DNA of 64,000 nucleotides. Origin: Podarcis pityusensis. Taxonomy: Eukaryota. The notes beneath the pieces were generated by a model, which saw only the letters and a list, made by a program, of their open reading frames with translations, made no database searches and was not told the DNA's origin. Position numbers and translations under genes: made by a program. The DNA lies in NCBI GenBank assembly GCA_964106645.2, contig OZ067045.1, one strand, 5' to 3'. Positions 35,108 to 47,872 of this stretch are shown in pieces (positions within the stretch are counted from its first letter, which is position 1; each line of letters starts with the position of its first letter).

Positions 35108-38100
35108 TCCACACCTGAAGCACCAGCTGCCATTCAAACACCTGCTGTGGTGTCTGCAACAGATCGACCCCCTCTCATTTGACATTATTAACACAACGGG
35201 AGCTTAAGAGCTGTCATGTGAAAAGGGCAAGAGTCACCCTGCCAGGTGGGCAACAGAAGGATTTTGTCAAATCAAGGAGAGTTATTATAAAACCACATCC
35301 TCGGGAGCAAAACGCATACACAACAAATGCAAATGAATTCAAGGCGCAAAATGAAAGAGCAATATGGTTTTCCTGTTGTATGAAAAACAGGATAAGTTTG
35401 CCAGAAGATTAGAAATGACGTCTGCATCTGTGCAAAGAAACAGTCCTGGGTCTTTCTGCTCTCCTTACAAATGCAACAGCCAGTTTATAGTGTTTGAGTT
35501 GGGCATGAAGCACATTTGGAAAAAGCAGCCAAAGCATTAATGTCTTTCATTTTTATCAGTCCATGCAAGTGTGTCCTCTAACGCATTTTCATCACTTGGG
35601 GTGGGTTGCACTTGCAACAATTAAATTTTAAGACGGCCCTAACGATATCACAGCCCACGACACAATAGAGGGTGGCCAACAGAGAAAGCCGCCTGACTCT
35701 CCCACTGCGCTCCTGACTCTGAGCTTCGCAAACCCTACGTCAACCACAGCCCTGTTTCCTGCACTGCTGCCAAACCTTAATATCCATGTAGATGGTTCTC
35801 AAGAGAGCAGGGATTAAGTAATTAGATTTGCCTGCCACAAAGAAGCAACAATGACACTCTCGCTCGAAATTCATCTTACAGTTTACACCCCAGCAGCCTC
35901 ATTCTCACCTCACAGAAATCACCAAATGACTGTGTGACCTGAAATTAAAAACCCATTTTGGAATCAGGTTTGAGCAAAAAAAGGGGGGGGAGGCAATTTT
36001 GGAAGTATCCCCCCCCCCCGAGAATTAGCCATTCTCGTTTCTTATGAAAATAGAGTGTTTCAAAAACATGATATGAAATCAATCCTCAAAAAAAGCATCA
36101 ACAGGAGAAGGGGAGATGGAGGATGCAGTTTCTGCTTCTGCAAAGGGGACAGATGGCTTCCATCCTCACTCCACACCGGCAGGTAAAATTCCATTATGCG
36201 CCAAGAGCATCGTCCCAATTTTGCATTTGCACGTCATAGAGCCCAGAAATTTAACGGCAACACAGCATTTACATGCATGTCACTAAATGATCCTTTGAGC
36301 TTTTCAAGTATGACATCTATGCACAGGAGAGAGAATTGGGGTGTGGGGGGTGAAGGCAAAGGCCACTTCAGAGCCTGGTCAAGCTAGGCTCTATACACAC
36401 ACACACACACACACACACGGCCTGCTGCCACCAACAGCCTGAATCTATAGCCTGAAAAGTAGGGTGCAACTGTATTTTATTTTTATTTTATTTATTAAAT
36501 TTATATACCGCCCTTCATCAAAAGATATCGGGGTGGTTCACAGAACTGTATTAAAAAACAAGAAACAATAATAAATAGAACATTAATGCTGGTTAGAAAA
36601 TGGGAGAATTTTAAAATAGGTAGATGGTTACAGACACATACACACTGAGCTTATGGAAGCTTAAATCCACACCACAGAATTAAGTGAAGGGGAAGGGAGA
36701 GACAAGGAAAAAACCTAAATCCATATTATGCATGGATACACTTGGGCCTGCCTTAATCTGGGCTGTTGTATTCACAAAAGCAGCCTCTCATTGTTTGTTC
36801 GCTGTTTTGCTTCTGGAAGGGCTCTTTGTAATCTGCACCAGCAAGACCTAAATATCAGCATCTACATACAGATTTTATTTTTTTATTTTTTATTGGAAAG
36901 CAGACATGGCAAAGCATTGCAGCATTTTTTTTTTCTTTGACATGACAAAAAAAAAAAATCTGCTAGATGTGCATATGTCCTCCTCGTATTTTAAATACTA
37001 TTCGGTCTTTTTTAAAAAGAGCTATTTCCCCGCTCCCCCCGGGGCACCAGGGAACTTTCAGACCTGGCCTGGTGTTGCATCTCTTCCTGTACGCTGGCCT
37101 GAATCTGAATGCACTTGTGTTTCATTCTGTTTGCTTCCCTCTCTTGTTTTAAAAGGATTTTTAAAGGCATTTGGAATTTCCAAGCTGGAAGGGACAGTTC
37201 CTCAAGCTAATGTTTTCTAACTTGGTCCTACCATTCCCAGGTGGTGAGAAGCCACTTGTCTGAAGCTATTTGCTTTGCGCGAGGAGAGTGTGCGAGGGCG
37301 GGGGGAGGAGGGGTGACATATTGATCTTCATTCAGTTTGTGTCTTCTCCAGTACGGCTAAGCTTTATTGTATCAACGGCCGTGGCTGCCGCCAGCGTGCC
37401 TCTCTCATTGTTTAACACTCGCCAAGACACAAACTTAGAGACAGGCGCTACGTCCCCAGCTGGCTGTGGTGACACATCCCATCACTGCTGCGGTTGGGCG
37501 GGGGGGGGGAAGGGTAGGATCCAGGCAGAGATCCCAATCTTGCTTGCACACCGATGTAAAGTGATCAAGCCTCCCTGGCCCAGAGCCCTAATTCTGAGGA
37601 ATTATCCTGACAAGATCACCCCTGATCTTGCAAACATCTCCGTACCGGTTTCACTTCAATAGCATCGATTTTCAATTACGCTTCCACAAATTGGGAGCCA
37701 AGTCGTCATCTTTCAAGGCATCGATCCAGGTTTACAGTGGGACAAATCTGGCCTTGCCTCTGAGTGCTGACTGCAGCTCCTGAGATCAGCGTGGCAAGTA
37801 CAAGTGAGCAAGCAGGTGGGTCGATCCGAGGTGTGTAGAATCAGGAGAGGCTCTGTACAAAACCACCAAGGAATGTGGAATGCTGCATTCTCACACACAC
37901 TCGAAGGGGGTAGCGTTGCTCTCCAGGATCACTCATCTCCTGATACCGGGCAGAGTGTGGTCACATCAACACCCACACACTTGTTGCACTCCTTAAAGGC
38001 TTGAGTGCACCATCCACCTTCTAAATCACTTCTTCCAGCCACCCCACAAAACAAGATTTTCTCCAAGCTATTCATCACATCCAAGCCAAATAAAATAATA

Positions 38101-41100
38101 TCTGACTCTTTCCTCCAGATTCTTTCTTTTCTCACAGAACAATACCAGACACAATTGAACACTGCAGTTTTCAATTGTGAAATTATTATTTGGAAAGGGG
38201 GGTTAGGTATCAGGGAAACGCTGTTAAATCTCCCTGGAGGGGATGACTGGAAGCGATGTTTCTAAAAAGAAAAGCCAAACAGAATAATGAGTCCCAGGAA
38301 TAAAAAGGCTACCCTCTCAAGGAAATGTAATTATGAATTGAATTTGTCCACAACACATTTCTGTAAAATAATCAATGAACTATTTTATTTTCGGCAGACT
38401 ACAACCGCCCACATGCCTCCCTTCTGTGTTACTTGTATTTTATCCAAACAATTGATGGCACAACCTCCTTTCTCAGTCACAAATTAGCATAACTCATCTC
38501 TTATTTCAGCCTGTTTGTTTTGAAACCAGCATTGTGGCCTTCGTCCCAGCTGCCTCACAAGCCAAGAGCAAAAAAAAAAGAAGCCCCTTTCTTGCTGGGC
38601 TTACGACGACAGTGTACACAAAACACAAGATGCGCCCTTTCCAACCGCCAATCTGCAGAATGCGAGGGTGAGGCGAGCTGTCAGTGCTTCTGTGCAAAAA
38701 AAAAAAAAAAAAAAAAGCAGAAGCTTGCTGTCTGTGGGAGAACACCAAGGCTGATGGTGGCTACGTTTTGGCAAGGTGCCGGACAGCTATTGTGTTTTGG
38801 TCCAAACCAGTTTTCCCATTCAAGTCCACAGTGCATGTAGGACAATGCAGAAGGGAGATGGATGCTTCACCTAGGAGCATCATCACACTCTGGAGAGATA
38901 CCGGCCACCTGCAGAAACCCAAGGATCCATGACAACGAGACACTCCTCTTGTGAGTCTAAGATTTCACCCAGATTTTGACTCTGTTGCCTCCCCTTTTAG
39001 CCTCGGCATATATTTGACCTCTTTCAACAAGGCAGAATATTAATTGATGCTTCAATCAGATGAGTGATTTGCCACAGCAATCAAATGTGACATCCGAAGG
39101 CTTCTTGCAATTGGAGAGGCTTTCGCCGTCTCCTTTAGGAAAGCTTTTGCCATGTTTCTCGAGGTTTTGCGATGTCACAGGCTGCAAGGCAGCACAAGGG
39201 GGAGCAGAGACTTGCTGCTGCATCACTCAGCAAGGCTTTTAAACTTCAGATGAATGAAAGGCAGGCAAGAAATGCGATTTAACCATAAATGCCAAATGAA
39301 TTTGCTTCATGGGGAGTCATTCACTCCAAAGGACAATACTTTGTTCAATTGCATTTGCAAACTTACCAGCAGCCACCTCACTTACATAAGCCAATATTCA
39401 TGTAAGACAATTGGGCTGTTCCAGATTTACCCCCACGTTGCCTTTGAAATCCTCAATCCTGTGTCTGCAATTACATTTGCACCAGGCATAATAAATCGCA
39501 CTCAAAGAAAGATTATGCTCAAAGTTGCATGACATTTGCTCGAGAAAACATGAAGATGTTCCAGTAAAAAACATCTCCCTCTGTTTGCATGCAATGCTGA
39601 TTAAACCCAATGCTTATAACTCAGAAACAATGTAGGAAAGTACTGGAATTTTCTCTTTCAGTGAGAAAAACCATGATTTCAGCAAAAACAGAACCACAGA
39701 TCTCCCCACTCCAAGCCGTCTTTTTTTTCAGAATCATGCCTTGTTGTCATTTAACCAGGCTGTTCTATTTGAAATTCAACAACTTTCCTGATTTTTTAGA
39801 ACTCAGTTTATTGTAAAACCTGATTTAAGTTGACACAAAAGGACAAAGAAATGAAATTAAGAAAGCAGGAAGGATGAAATTGTAGCATTCCTAAAAGGGA
39901 AAAATGACAGTTCAGCACGGGAAAGCTGTGTTGACTTTGATCTAAACCTGAAATTGCCGCAGTTGCTACAAATTCTCTTGTCTCTCTGGCTGTTCAGTTC
40001 TCTTCTTTTATGTGACATTTTTAGAAAAGAGATTTTTACATAGAAAAGCATTAAATCTAACCAACATCTTTCCTTTTTTATTCTTTTAAAAATTAAAACA
40101 GTTTTCTTCCACCAGCTTCCAGGGGAAAGCCTAGCCAAGCCAGATTTGAAAAGCAGAGTTTAGAAAATTATTCTCCATCCTTGAAAATCAGTTATACAGA
40201 GAGCTCTGGAAAATAAACAATGGCTCAGACACACCTGAGTGGTCCTCTAGAAATAATCCATCCAAACAAGAAGGTAGAATCCACAGCATTTGCAAACTAC
40301 AAGCTCTTCTCTGCTCTTTCTACAAATCCACCAGTGCCTTTTCACCTCAGAGAAAATTCCACACCACAGGAGGTGGAGTTCAGCTAGCTGGGCCAGCTCC
40401 CTCCCCTTTCAAATATCCAAAGGGGGCCCACTCTTGAATGGCACAAACACAACAGTATATCAAGCATCCAAATTCCTTGGATTTATGTTCCAGCCATGTT
40501 TACAACCAAGGTTAAACCTGTATACTTTCAAATTGTCAATGAAAGCAACACAGCATGGTGCATGCTCAGATGAACAACCTCCCCCCTCCCACAGCCCAAA
40601 TGCACATTCATTTTTGCAGTTAGCATACATTAAGCATCAAATAGGACCCATTTGCCTGAAGCATCCATAGCATGAGTACAAGAGCTCATAAAAGGCTGAT
40701 GACCTTCCAACCATCTTAGATATATTTTTATTTATTAAATTGAGAAAAATCACTGCATTATGAAGAGGCCCCTTAGGCCCACAGGGCAGCCTTCCTCAGG
40801 TGACATACATGTCAAGGCTCTCGGGGGCTCCTTTGATGTTTTCCAACTCCCCAAGCTCACATTCAGCCATCCCAGGACAAAACGGACCCATCAGGTGAAG
40901 CCAAACAGCAGGCACAGTTGCAATGGAACATCAGGTCCTGATGCCTACCCAATCCAGCAAACACTGAGCAGCTCAGTCTATGGGAGTGGGACTGAAAGAG
41001 GGTCCATGTTCAGGCACAACAGGGGCTACCCCATCCTCAAGGGGTGGTGTGGACTGTGCACAAACCCACAGGCACTGCAGAGAGCTTGGCTGGAAAGACC

Positions 41101-42596
41101 ACCTGTACTGGACCAGAAGCCGGACCTCACATTAGTTGGAAATCAGCCTGCTGGACAGACACTTAGAAAACAAGGGGGGAAATGGAGGGAGGGCATTCAC
41201 CAGAATCCCACCTCAGATTGCCTCTCTGTCAAAGGCACCAGCTCTGGTGGGGTGGCTATTCTGGCTCCCTTCCCTGATGGAGGCAATTCAGCTGTTCCTG
41301 GGCCAGAAGAACAAAGGCACTCTAGAGCATGTGTGAGCCCAGAAGCAGCTGCTTCCAGGGGAGACAGGGGGTGGGGAGATACAAATGCCACCGTGCTCTT
41401 AGGCAACTCCCCTTCTGTTCAGTGGGGCAGGAATACTTCCCTAGGGGCCACATTCTGTTAGCTGGGGAGAGTGTTGACCTCAGGAATCCTAAGGGCTGCC
41501 CTGGTATCAGAGCTGCCCCTCCCCTCTCTTCACCACACCATGCCAAGCAACAAAATCTCCTGCAAGAACTTCCAAAGACAAAGGGAACCACAACTGAACT
41601 ATGCTGGAAAGGAGGCAGAAGAGAAGGCAGGGGAATGTTTTCTTTTAATTAAGGCACAAAAAAGATACTTTGACTTTTGGAATTCACTTTGCCACATGGC
41701 TAAAAATTTACAGCTGTTCCTCTCTCCCACTCCTCTGAGCCCCGGGAGCAAGAAGAGAAAGCCTTGCGCCGGCTGGTGGAAAGCAAAGGCAAGAGACATC
41801 ACCCTTGGCAGCAGCAACAAAATCTGGTACTATATTTGGGGGAAAGGAGTTGTCAAAATATTGGGGGAAGGGGGGAACCCTCCCCATTCAGAGGCAGCAA
41901 CTGCTTGCTGGGAAACAGCATCAAAATTTCAAACTCCACATTTGCACCTGGCTCCTGTACAGAGGGAAATGTAGCCGCCAGCGCCTGGCCCTCAGCATCC
42001 CCTTTAGCGCAGGATGTGCTGGACCAGAGCATCTCGGAGGCGAGGCTGCATCCTCCGTAGCATCTTCTCCAGCCAGCATCCTCTCTCTGCACAGATCAGA
42101 AAGCGCCTCGCGGGAGAAGCCAAACTTTGCTTCCTGCAAAAAGCTCCGTCTATATCGCAACGAAAGGGGGAAAGGACGAGTGGGGGTGCGGGAGGGGCAA
42201 ACTTCCCGTCGCCTGCAAGACGTCTATTGCAGAAGGGGACAAGACAAAGTAAGGAGGAGGGAGGATGAAGAGGCAGGCCCCCCACCCTCCTCGAAGCCAC
42301 CTCTGGCTCAGAGACAGAACCCCCGCCAGCAAAAGAACTCTGTTCTTTGCAGAAATATATATCTATATCTCGACTCCGTCTTTAAAGTCTTGGGAGGGTC
42401 GTTTTCAAGGTCTTTTATTAAATAATCAATCAAGGTCGCCCCCCGCCCCTGTTGCCAGCCAAACGCCCCAGAAAGCCCCAAACCCAATAAAATCGCCCCA
42501 AAGTGGAGTGACAACCCCCCTAAAGAAGAGATAGCATGCTAGTGAGCCCTGACCTCCCTCCCCCCCCCACCCGCCCCGGTTTGTCGTCTCACCCAC

Positions 42597-42756
42597 CGAT
42601 GCGGATGACATGGGGCATCCCGTGGCAGGAGTGGAGCCAGACGAGCCCCAGGAAGAGTCCGGCGGCAGCGGCGGAGGCAGTGGAGGCGGCGGAGGAGCAG
42701 CGGCGTCGGTCCAGCGGCGGGAGGAGCGGGCGCGGGCGGCGGCAGCAGGTCAGCAT
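42597..42756 (-). CDS. GRIK3: First coding exon of glutamate receptor ionotropic kainate 3 (signal peptide plus start of mature chain)
   Basis: Manual minus-strand translation from ATG at 42756 (context cccaggATGC) gives MLTCCRRPRPLLPPLDRRRCSSAASTASAAAAGLFLGLVWLHSCHGMPHVIRI+G. GMPHVIRIG matches the recalled GluK3 signal cleavage site and mature N-terminus. The exon ends in phase 1 at a GTGGGT donor (42596-42591) and lies in a CpG island. Confidence 0.92.
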
Positions 42757-43350
42757 CCTGGGCGGGCGGGCGAGCCAGCCAGCCAGCCGGGCTCCGGCTC
42801 CGGCGCCCGCTACACCTCCAGAGGCGGCGGCGGCAGCAGCGGGCGAGGCGGCGGCGGGGAGGGCGCCTCCCCCTCAGCCCGGGGCATCCTCCTGGCGGAG
42901 AGGAGCGGCAGCTGGAGCCGGACCTCCGCGGCGGCGGGGACGTGCAGGAGGAGGAGGACCCGGAGCCGCCGGAGCCGCCGCCGCCCCGCCACGCCCGGCG
43001 AGGCTCGGGCTCCCCCTACGCCCGGTGCGCGCTCGCCTGCCTGCCTGCCTCCTTCCTCCTCGCAAGTTCCCCCGACTGGCGCTGCCTCCCGCCGCCGCCG
43101 CTCGCTCTGCCTGGCGCGGAGCTGTGCAGCCGCGTCCACACGGGGAGGGCGGGGGAGCGTGGAGGGGGCCTGCTGCTCCTGCCGCCGCTGCTGCGGGAGG
43201 ATCGCGGCCAAGAGGTGCCGGGGCTCAAGCCTCGGAGCAAGGCACGCCCTCTGGCCGGCAAGCCCTGCCCCCGAGGCTCAGGCGGAGGGGGAAGGCACTC
43301 TGTACATGCTCGAGGGCATGCCGGCTAGGCGAAGGGAAGGGGGCGGTAGT

Positions 43351-43383
43351 TCCCGGTGCTAAAGGAGCTGTCCCGGTGCTGAA
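43351..43383 (-). promoter_or_regulatory. RE1/NRSE-like (REST) site with 1-nt spacer plus a tandem left half-site
   Basis: Minus strand reads TTCAGCACC-G-GGACAGCTCC (43383-43364), immediately followed by TTTAGCACCGGGA. Consensus is TTCAGCACCnnGGACAGCGCC. Confidence 0.5.
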
Positions 43384-44464
43384 AATACTGGGCTACGTGA
43401 ACAGAACCTGAAGCTCCAAACGGAGCGGTCTTTTTCGACCCAACTGGACGGCGGGGTTCTCCAGGCGCAAGCGAGGAATTCGCCCCGTCTCCGGGAGAGG
43501 GACTTCTGGGAGGCACGTGGCCCGAAAGGATTGGAAGGGAGGGCCTCTGAACACGTGCAGAGTGCTTTTCTTCTCCTGGCTGAGGCAGCGGCCGCCCCGA
43601 CGGGGCTCCCCTTTGGGTAGCTGCCGACCGCTAGGCGGGAGGAGAAGGGGGAGGAAAGGGGGAGGCAGCGGGGTTCACAGCAGCGGAACCTCCAGCTCTG
43701 GCCCTGCAGGCCTCAAAGGAGAGAGACAGTTGGGAGAGGGGAGGGCCGAGGCGTGACTGGGGCGCCAGCCTTCCAGCTCGCGGAGGGGGGGGGGGAGACT
43801 GCGCAGCCTGAACAGTTCGCGCAACTCACGCACACAACGCCCATGTGAAATGCGCGTGTTTCCAAGCACTTGGACGCGGGGCGGCGGGGAGTTTTGCAGG
43901 AAGAAGTGCTGAAAGGAAGAGCCACCACCCCCTCGCCCGAAAAGATTCTTCCTTAGGAAAGCTGGCAAATATCCAGCCATCTGTGAGCGTCAGGGCATGG
44001 GGTGAGGGACCCGAAAAGGGATAAGCTTATCCGTGCGCTACATCGAGAGTGGAGAAAAGAAGGTCTGGGACGCGGGAGGCTCTGGTCCCTGCACTTCCCG
44101 ATGGTGGCTAAGTGAGGAACACTGTTTGAGCCTCCGCTGAGATAAACTCCGTTCTCTCGGTCAAGAGGGGGGAGGATCGTGGAATCAAAGCGTGCTTTGA
44201 GACCAGGAATATGTTCGTTTCAAGAGGGGTGGAGGAGGTGCAACCCTTCGCAGTGAATAAATGTCTGGCATTCGATAAGTTGTTTGCGTGGCTGGAGGAA
44301 GGAGTTCATTCCCAAGCAACTACCGGAGAGTAAGACCCACTGGCAGCACTGCAGAGCTGTTGTGTTGCCCTTGGACAAGGAAGAGGGTGGGAGAAGCTTC
44401 TCCTGAGCGTCCCTCCTGCAGCAGAGAACCCTGTGCAATGAATAAATGACTCCCGTTGGATAGG

Positions 44465-44658
44465 GGCATAGGAAATTGCCTTAGTACAAGGCAATTGTCA
44501 GACCGTTGCTCACCTTGCTCAGTACTGTCTACACTGGCTGGCAGCAGCTCTCCATGGTTTGCAGCAGAGTTCTCTCCCAGCCCTACCTGGTGATGCCAGG
44601 GATTGAACCGTAGGACCTTCTGCGTGGAAGGTATATTCTCTACCACTGAGCTATGCCC
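44465..44658 (-). mobile_element. Squam3-type tRNA SINE
   Basis: Minus head gggcatagctcagtggtagag (A box), ggttcaatccctggcatc (B box), body ggagagctgctgccagccagtgtagacagtactgag. Confidence 0.8.
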
Positions 44659-45829
44659 TTTCCGTTTATGTGGTGGTGGTGGTATGTGCGGCTGGAGGGA
44701 GGAGTTAATTCCCCATCAGACATCACCCAGCCTTGAAGGAGGTGACAGTGGAGTGCAAAAGTACCACCAGCTGGCCAGAGGTAGTTCCAAGAATGGCCTC
44801 CTCCCATACAGGCACTGTAGTAAACAAGCCTGTGCTGGAGCAGCAGAGAGTTTGGGGAATATGTGGGTGATTCTCTGCCTCCACGAAGAGGTCTTGCTGA
44901 TTCTGCAGAGCTCGCCTTGGCATTCTCTCAGGGCCTTGCCTTCCAAGGCGAAGACACCAGCACATTTCACCCTCCAATTTGCTGTTGCAGAGTTCCAGCC
45001 GCAATCAAGAGTCGGGAGCAACTGGAAGCATCCTGAAATTGCTCAGCAACTGCAAAGCGAATAAATTTGTTCCAGGCAGGAAGAATCATTAAGTTAATCA
45101 GATGTGATCATTCTGCATGTTAAAGGGCAAGCGAACCCACCCACCTGCTCCCGGGGGAAGTCAGAAGGGTTGATTTGTTCACCATGCAATGCGGATCCAC
45201 AAAGGGTTTGGCGAGATGCCAGAGAGAAATATGCATGCTCACCTCACCTTCTCTGCTTGCATCCTCCCGTTGCCTGGCTTCTAGGGGATTCTTGAAAGCT
45301 CCTTAAAAGGGGGCACGGGATGGTTTGGAAAGAGGGGTCTCGGTCAGAGCTGCAAAGCTGCTTACCCTGTGTGGTCGCTTGTGCATTTTGAAGTTATCCT
45401 AAAACAGCTGACTGTCCCCTTGCCCTCTACCCTGCCTTGCCTGATCAAAGAGCTTGAAGTGCATTACAAAATAAAATTAAACAATTTATGCCCAGCCAGT
45501 CAACAAGGTGCAGGGATAGGCTAACAGTAAGCACAGTCCCCTGTGCAGAGGCACACTCCCATGTGTGCTTTGGAGGAAGCTCACCCATGAAATGTCAAGG
45601 ACACACAAGTGAAAAATATAACTGTAGTTTGCAAAAATGAAAATTAAAAAAGAGTTGAGCTCGCCTTTGAGTTAGCAAAAGGCATATGAGCAGTTCCTCC
45701 TAAGCAACAATGCAGCAGCAGCAGCAGCCAGGAGGTTGATGCCCTGGAACAAGTCCAGAACAGGACAAGCTGTGCTGCTGTGAACCTTCTTAGGGAGATC
45801 ATTTCAGGTTTTAGGAAAACCATTTTTAT

Positions 45830-46300
45830 CTTTTAAGTTTTTATTTCATTAAAAGCATTTCTGAACCTCTTCATATTTTTATAAAATCTTGAAATGGTGT
45901 ATACTATATACAAAATAAGGCAGCATCCTTTAAAACAAAATGCAGACTAAAATAAATATTAAAACAATAAAACAAGAGGAGATAAAAGCCTGGGCAAAAA
46001 CACAGGTCTTGACAAGACGTCTAAAGCAGCTGGTGGTTGCTGCTCATGTCTAGCAGAGGGAAGGAGGGCACCCCACACAACAGGGGCAGCAGCAGGGAAT
46101 GTCCATTTCAGGCTCACAACCCTGGCTGGGACATTGTGGTATGGCATGGTGCCCCCCGTGTAATTTCCTCGGGGAACCTGTGAGATTTTACAGGTCTTTA
46201 CAGGGGTAGGCAGTCCTTCAGGTAACCTGGTCCGAAGTTCAGGGCTTTATAAGACATCCCTGATGTTTGTCAGTCTCACTTCTTTAACTGTGCCCAGTAA
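45830..46300 (-). mobile_element. Degenerate L2-like LINE 3' fragment
   Basis: ataaaagcctgggcaaaa...gggaaggagggcacccca..., gcagtccttcaggtaacctggtcc. Confidence 0.45.
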
Positions 46301-46462
46301 CTTGGACCTCTCTTACTAAAAAATATACCAGGCAGACTAATTCCTGCCTGAATCCTTGGAAAGATGCGGCCAGTACCTGGCTATCAGGTCACCAGCCCTT
46401 GAATTCAAAAAGTCTCAGACTTGTTAAGGACTGGGAGTGGAGACAGCAGGCAGAGTCCATCA

Positions 46463-46485
46463 TTTATTTATTTATTTATTAATTA

Positions 46486-46516
<31 letters not shown>
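46463..46516. repeat. (ATTT)n/(ATT)n microsatellite
   Basis: Direct inspection. Confidence 0.9.
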
Positions 46517-46517
<1 letters not shown>

Positions 46518-47869
46518 GGATTTCAGTAGCTGAGCCCAGCACAAAAACTGTGTATTCACTGAAGCTGCACAGCATAAAATCATCAGACAATTAGGCTGCT
46601 AGCCATTGGTTTCAAACAAAGAAACCCTACTAACCTTGTCATTTTTTCCTAGTCACCTGGCAACCCTACAAGGTGGATAGAAGGTCCAGAACAACAGGAC
46701 CTGGTTTCGCATGCTTTGCATGTGCTCAAGGTTTCCTGTTCCCGACACGGTTCACACTGGGACGATGCTCTTAACGCTTTGGTTTGCTTAGGGACATAAA
46801 ACCATTTCATGTTCTTCTCACACCCGTGAGCAAAAAGAGCATATTTATGGGGAGACTCAATCCTATTAATTTTAACGCTGGGCTTTTCGAGAACAAAGGG
46901 AAACTGCTTACAAGAGAGGACAAATGTTGAAACATTTTATTAATCTCTAGAGAGAAAGGAGTGGGGGGGGGGATTGCTGATGGGACAGAGTATTTTCAAG
47001 TCCAAATCAAAACACGTTTGAAAGATGATCCACCCAGAAAGTGGTGTGAAATAAGCAATTTTGCCTCAGGGGCTTTTTAGTTTTCAGCAGTAATGAAGAC
47101 AAAGGAAGGGCCTAGAAGGGGAAAAAAGTAAAGGGGGAGTGAGTAAAATGGTTGGTGGTTGAATTAGCCACAACTGCCTGCATTTTGTTTAAATTTATAT
47201 GCATCAGGTATAATACAGCCACAATCAGTGTGAGTTATGAGGCCCTGTGTACACATTACAGAGATTCATGTGCCAGAGTTTCTAAATATGCCTGGGATTT
47301 GGCAAGGATAGATTCCTCGGTCTGGAGTGCCCTCTACTGAAATGTGCCCAAGTTCTTTATGTTTGATGGTTAGAAGCTTGATTGATGGGTTTGCTAAATT
47401 GAATTTACTCTATCGGGCTTCCCTCCCCAGACACACAAACACACACACCTCCTTTATAGTGCATTCTTCCAAGATTTTGTAAAAATATTAAAAAAATATG
47501 TCAGCCTTCAGCTTAAAGCAGACATCCTACACATATATAATGATTATTTAGAATGAAAGTTGCTTGCAGTGTTCCTTGCAAATGGCATCAAACAAAAGGA
47601 AAATGGTGGTGTCTGAAGGCCAGGAAACAACTCTTGCCCTCCTTTGTCTTGGTTCAGTTGACCACAAGACTACCCCATACGACCCCATTCTTTTAACTGC
47701 TTCTTCCCTCCATCTCTCTCTTGCTGAGTTGACATAGATTGTAAGCCTCCTGACCAAAGGCACATGTGCTAATCATGTCCCTGCAAGGAAAGGTTGCAGC
47801 ATCTGGGACTTTTTTGTTTGGAGAAAATGAGGAAGTGGTGACATGATACAAGGCTGTAAAATCCTGCAT

Positions 47870-47872
<3 letters not shown>

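Larger units (their letters stand above)
1..42596 (-). other. GRIK3: Inferred GRIK3 intron 1 (continues beyond window start)
   Basis: Starts at the GT donor 42596. No sequence resembling GRIK3 exon 2 (GIFEYADG...) was recognised by eye. GRIK3 intron 1 is very long in mammals. Confidence 0.75.
41980..44200. promoter_or_regulatory. CpG island covering GRIK3 promoter, 5'UTR and exon 1
   Basis: Very GC- and CpG-rich, free of transposons, with GC boxes and GCC/GGC runs, against a CpG-depleted background. The exact TSS cannot be determined. Confidence 0.88.

Noticed and set aside
40760-42425. ORFs of 233, 167 and 206 aa
   Set aside because: No recognisable domain or splice structure; antisense within the intron.
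42426-42611. 61-aa minus ORF MSSASVGETT...
   Set aside because: Out of frame with GRIK3 exon 1 and runs into the intron.
42536-43411. Long plus-strand ORFs (291 and 250 aa) over the CpG island
   Set aside because: Low-complexity Ala/Gly/Arg/Pro translations expected from stop-poor GC-rich DNA antisense to the real GRIK3 exon.
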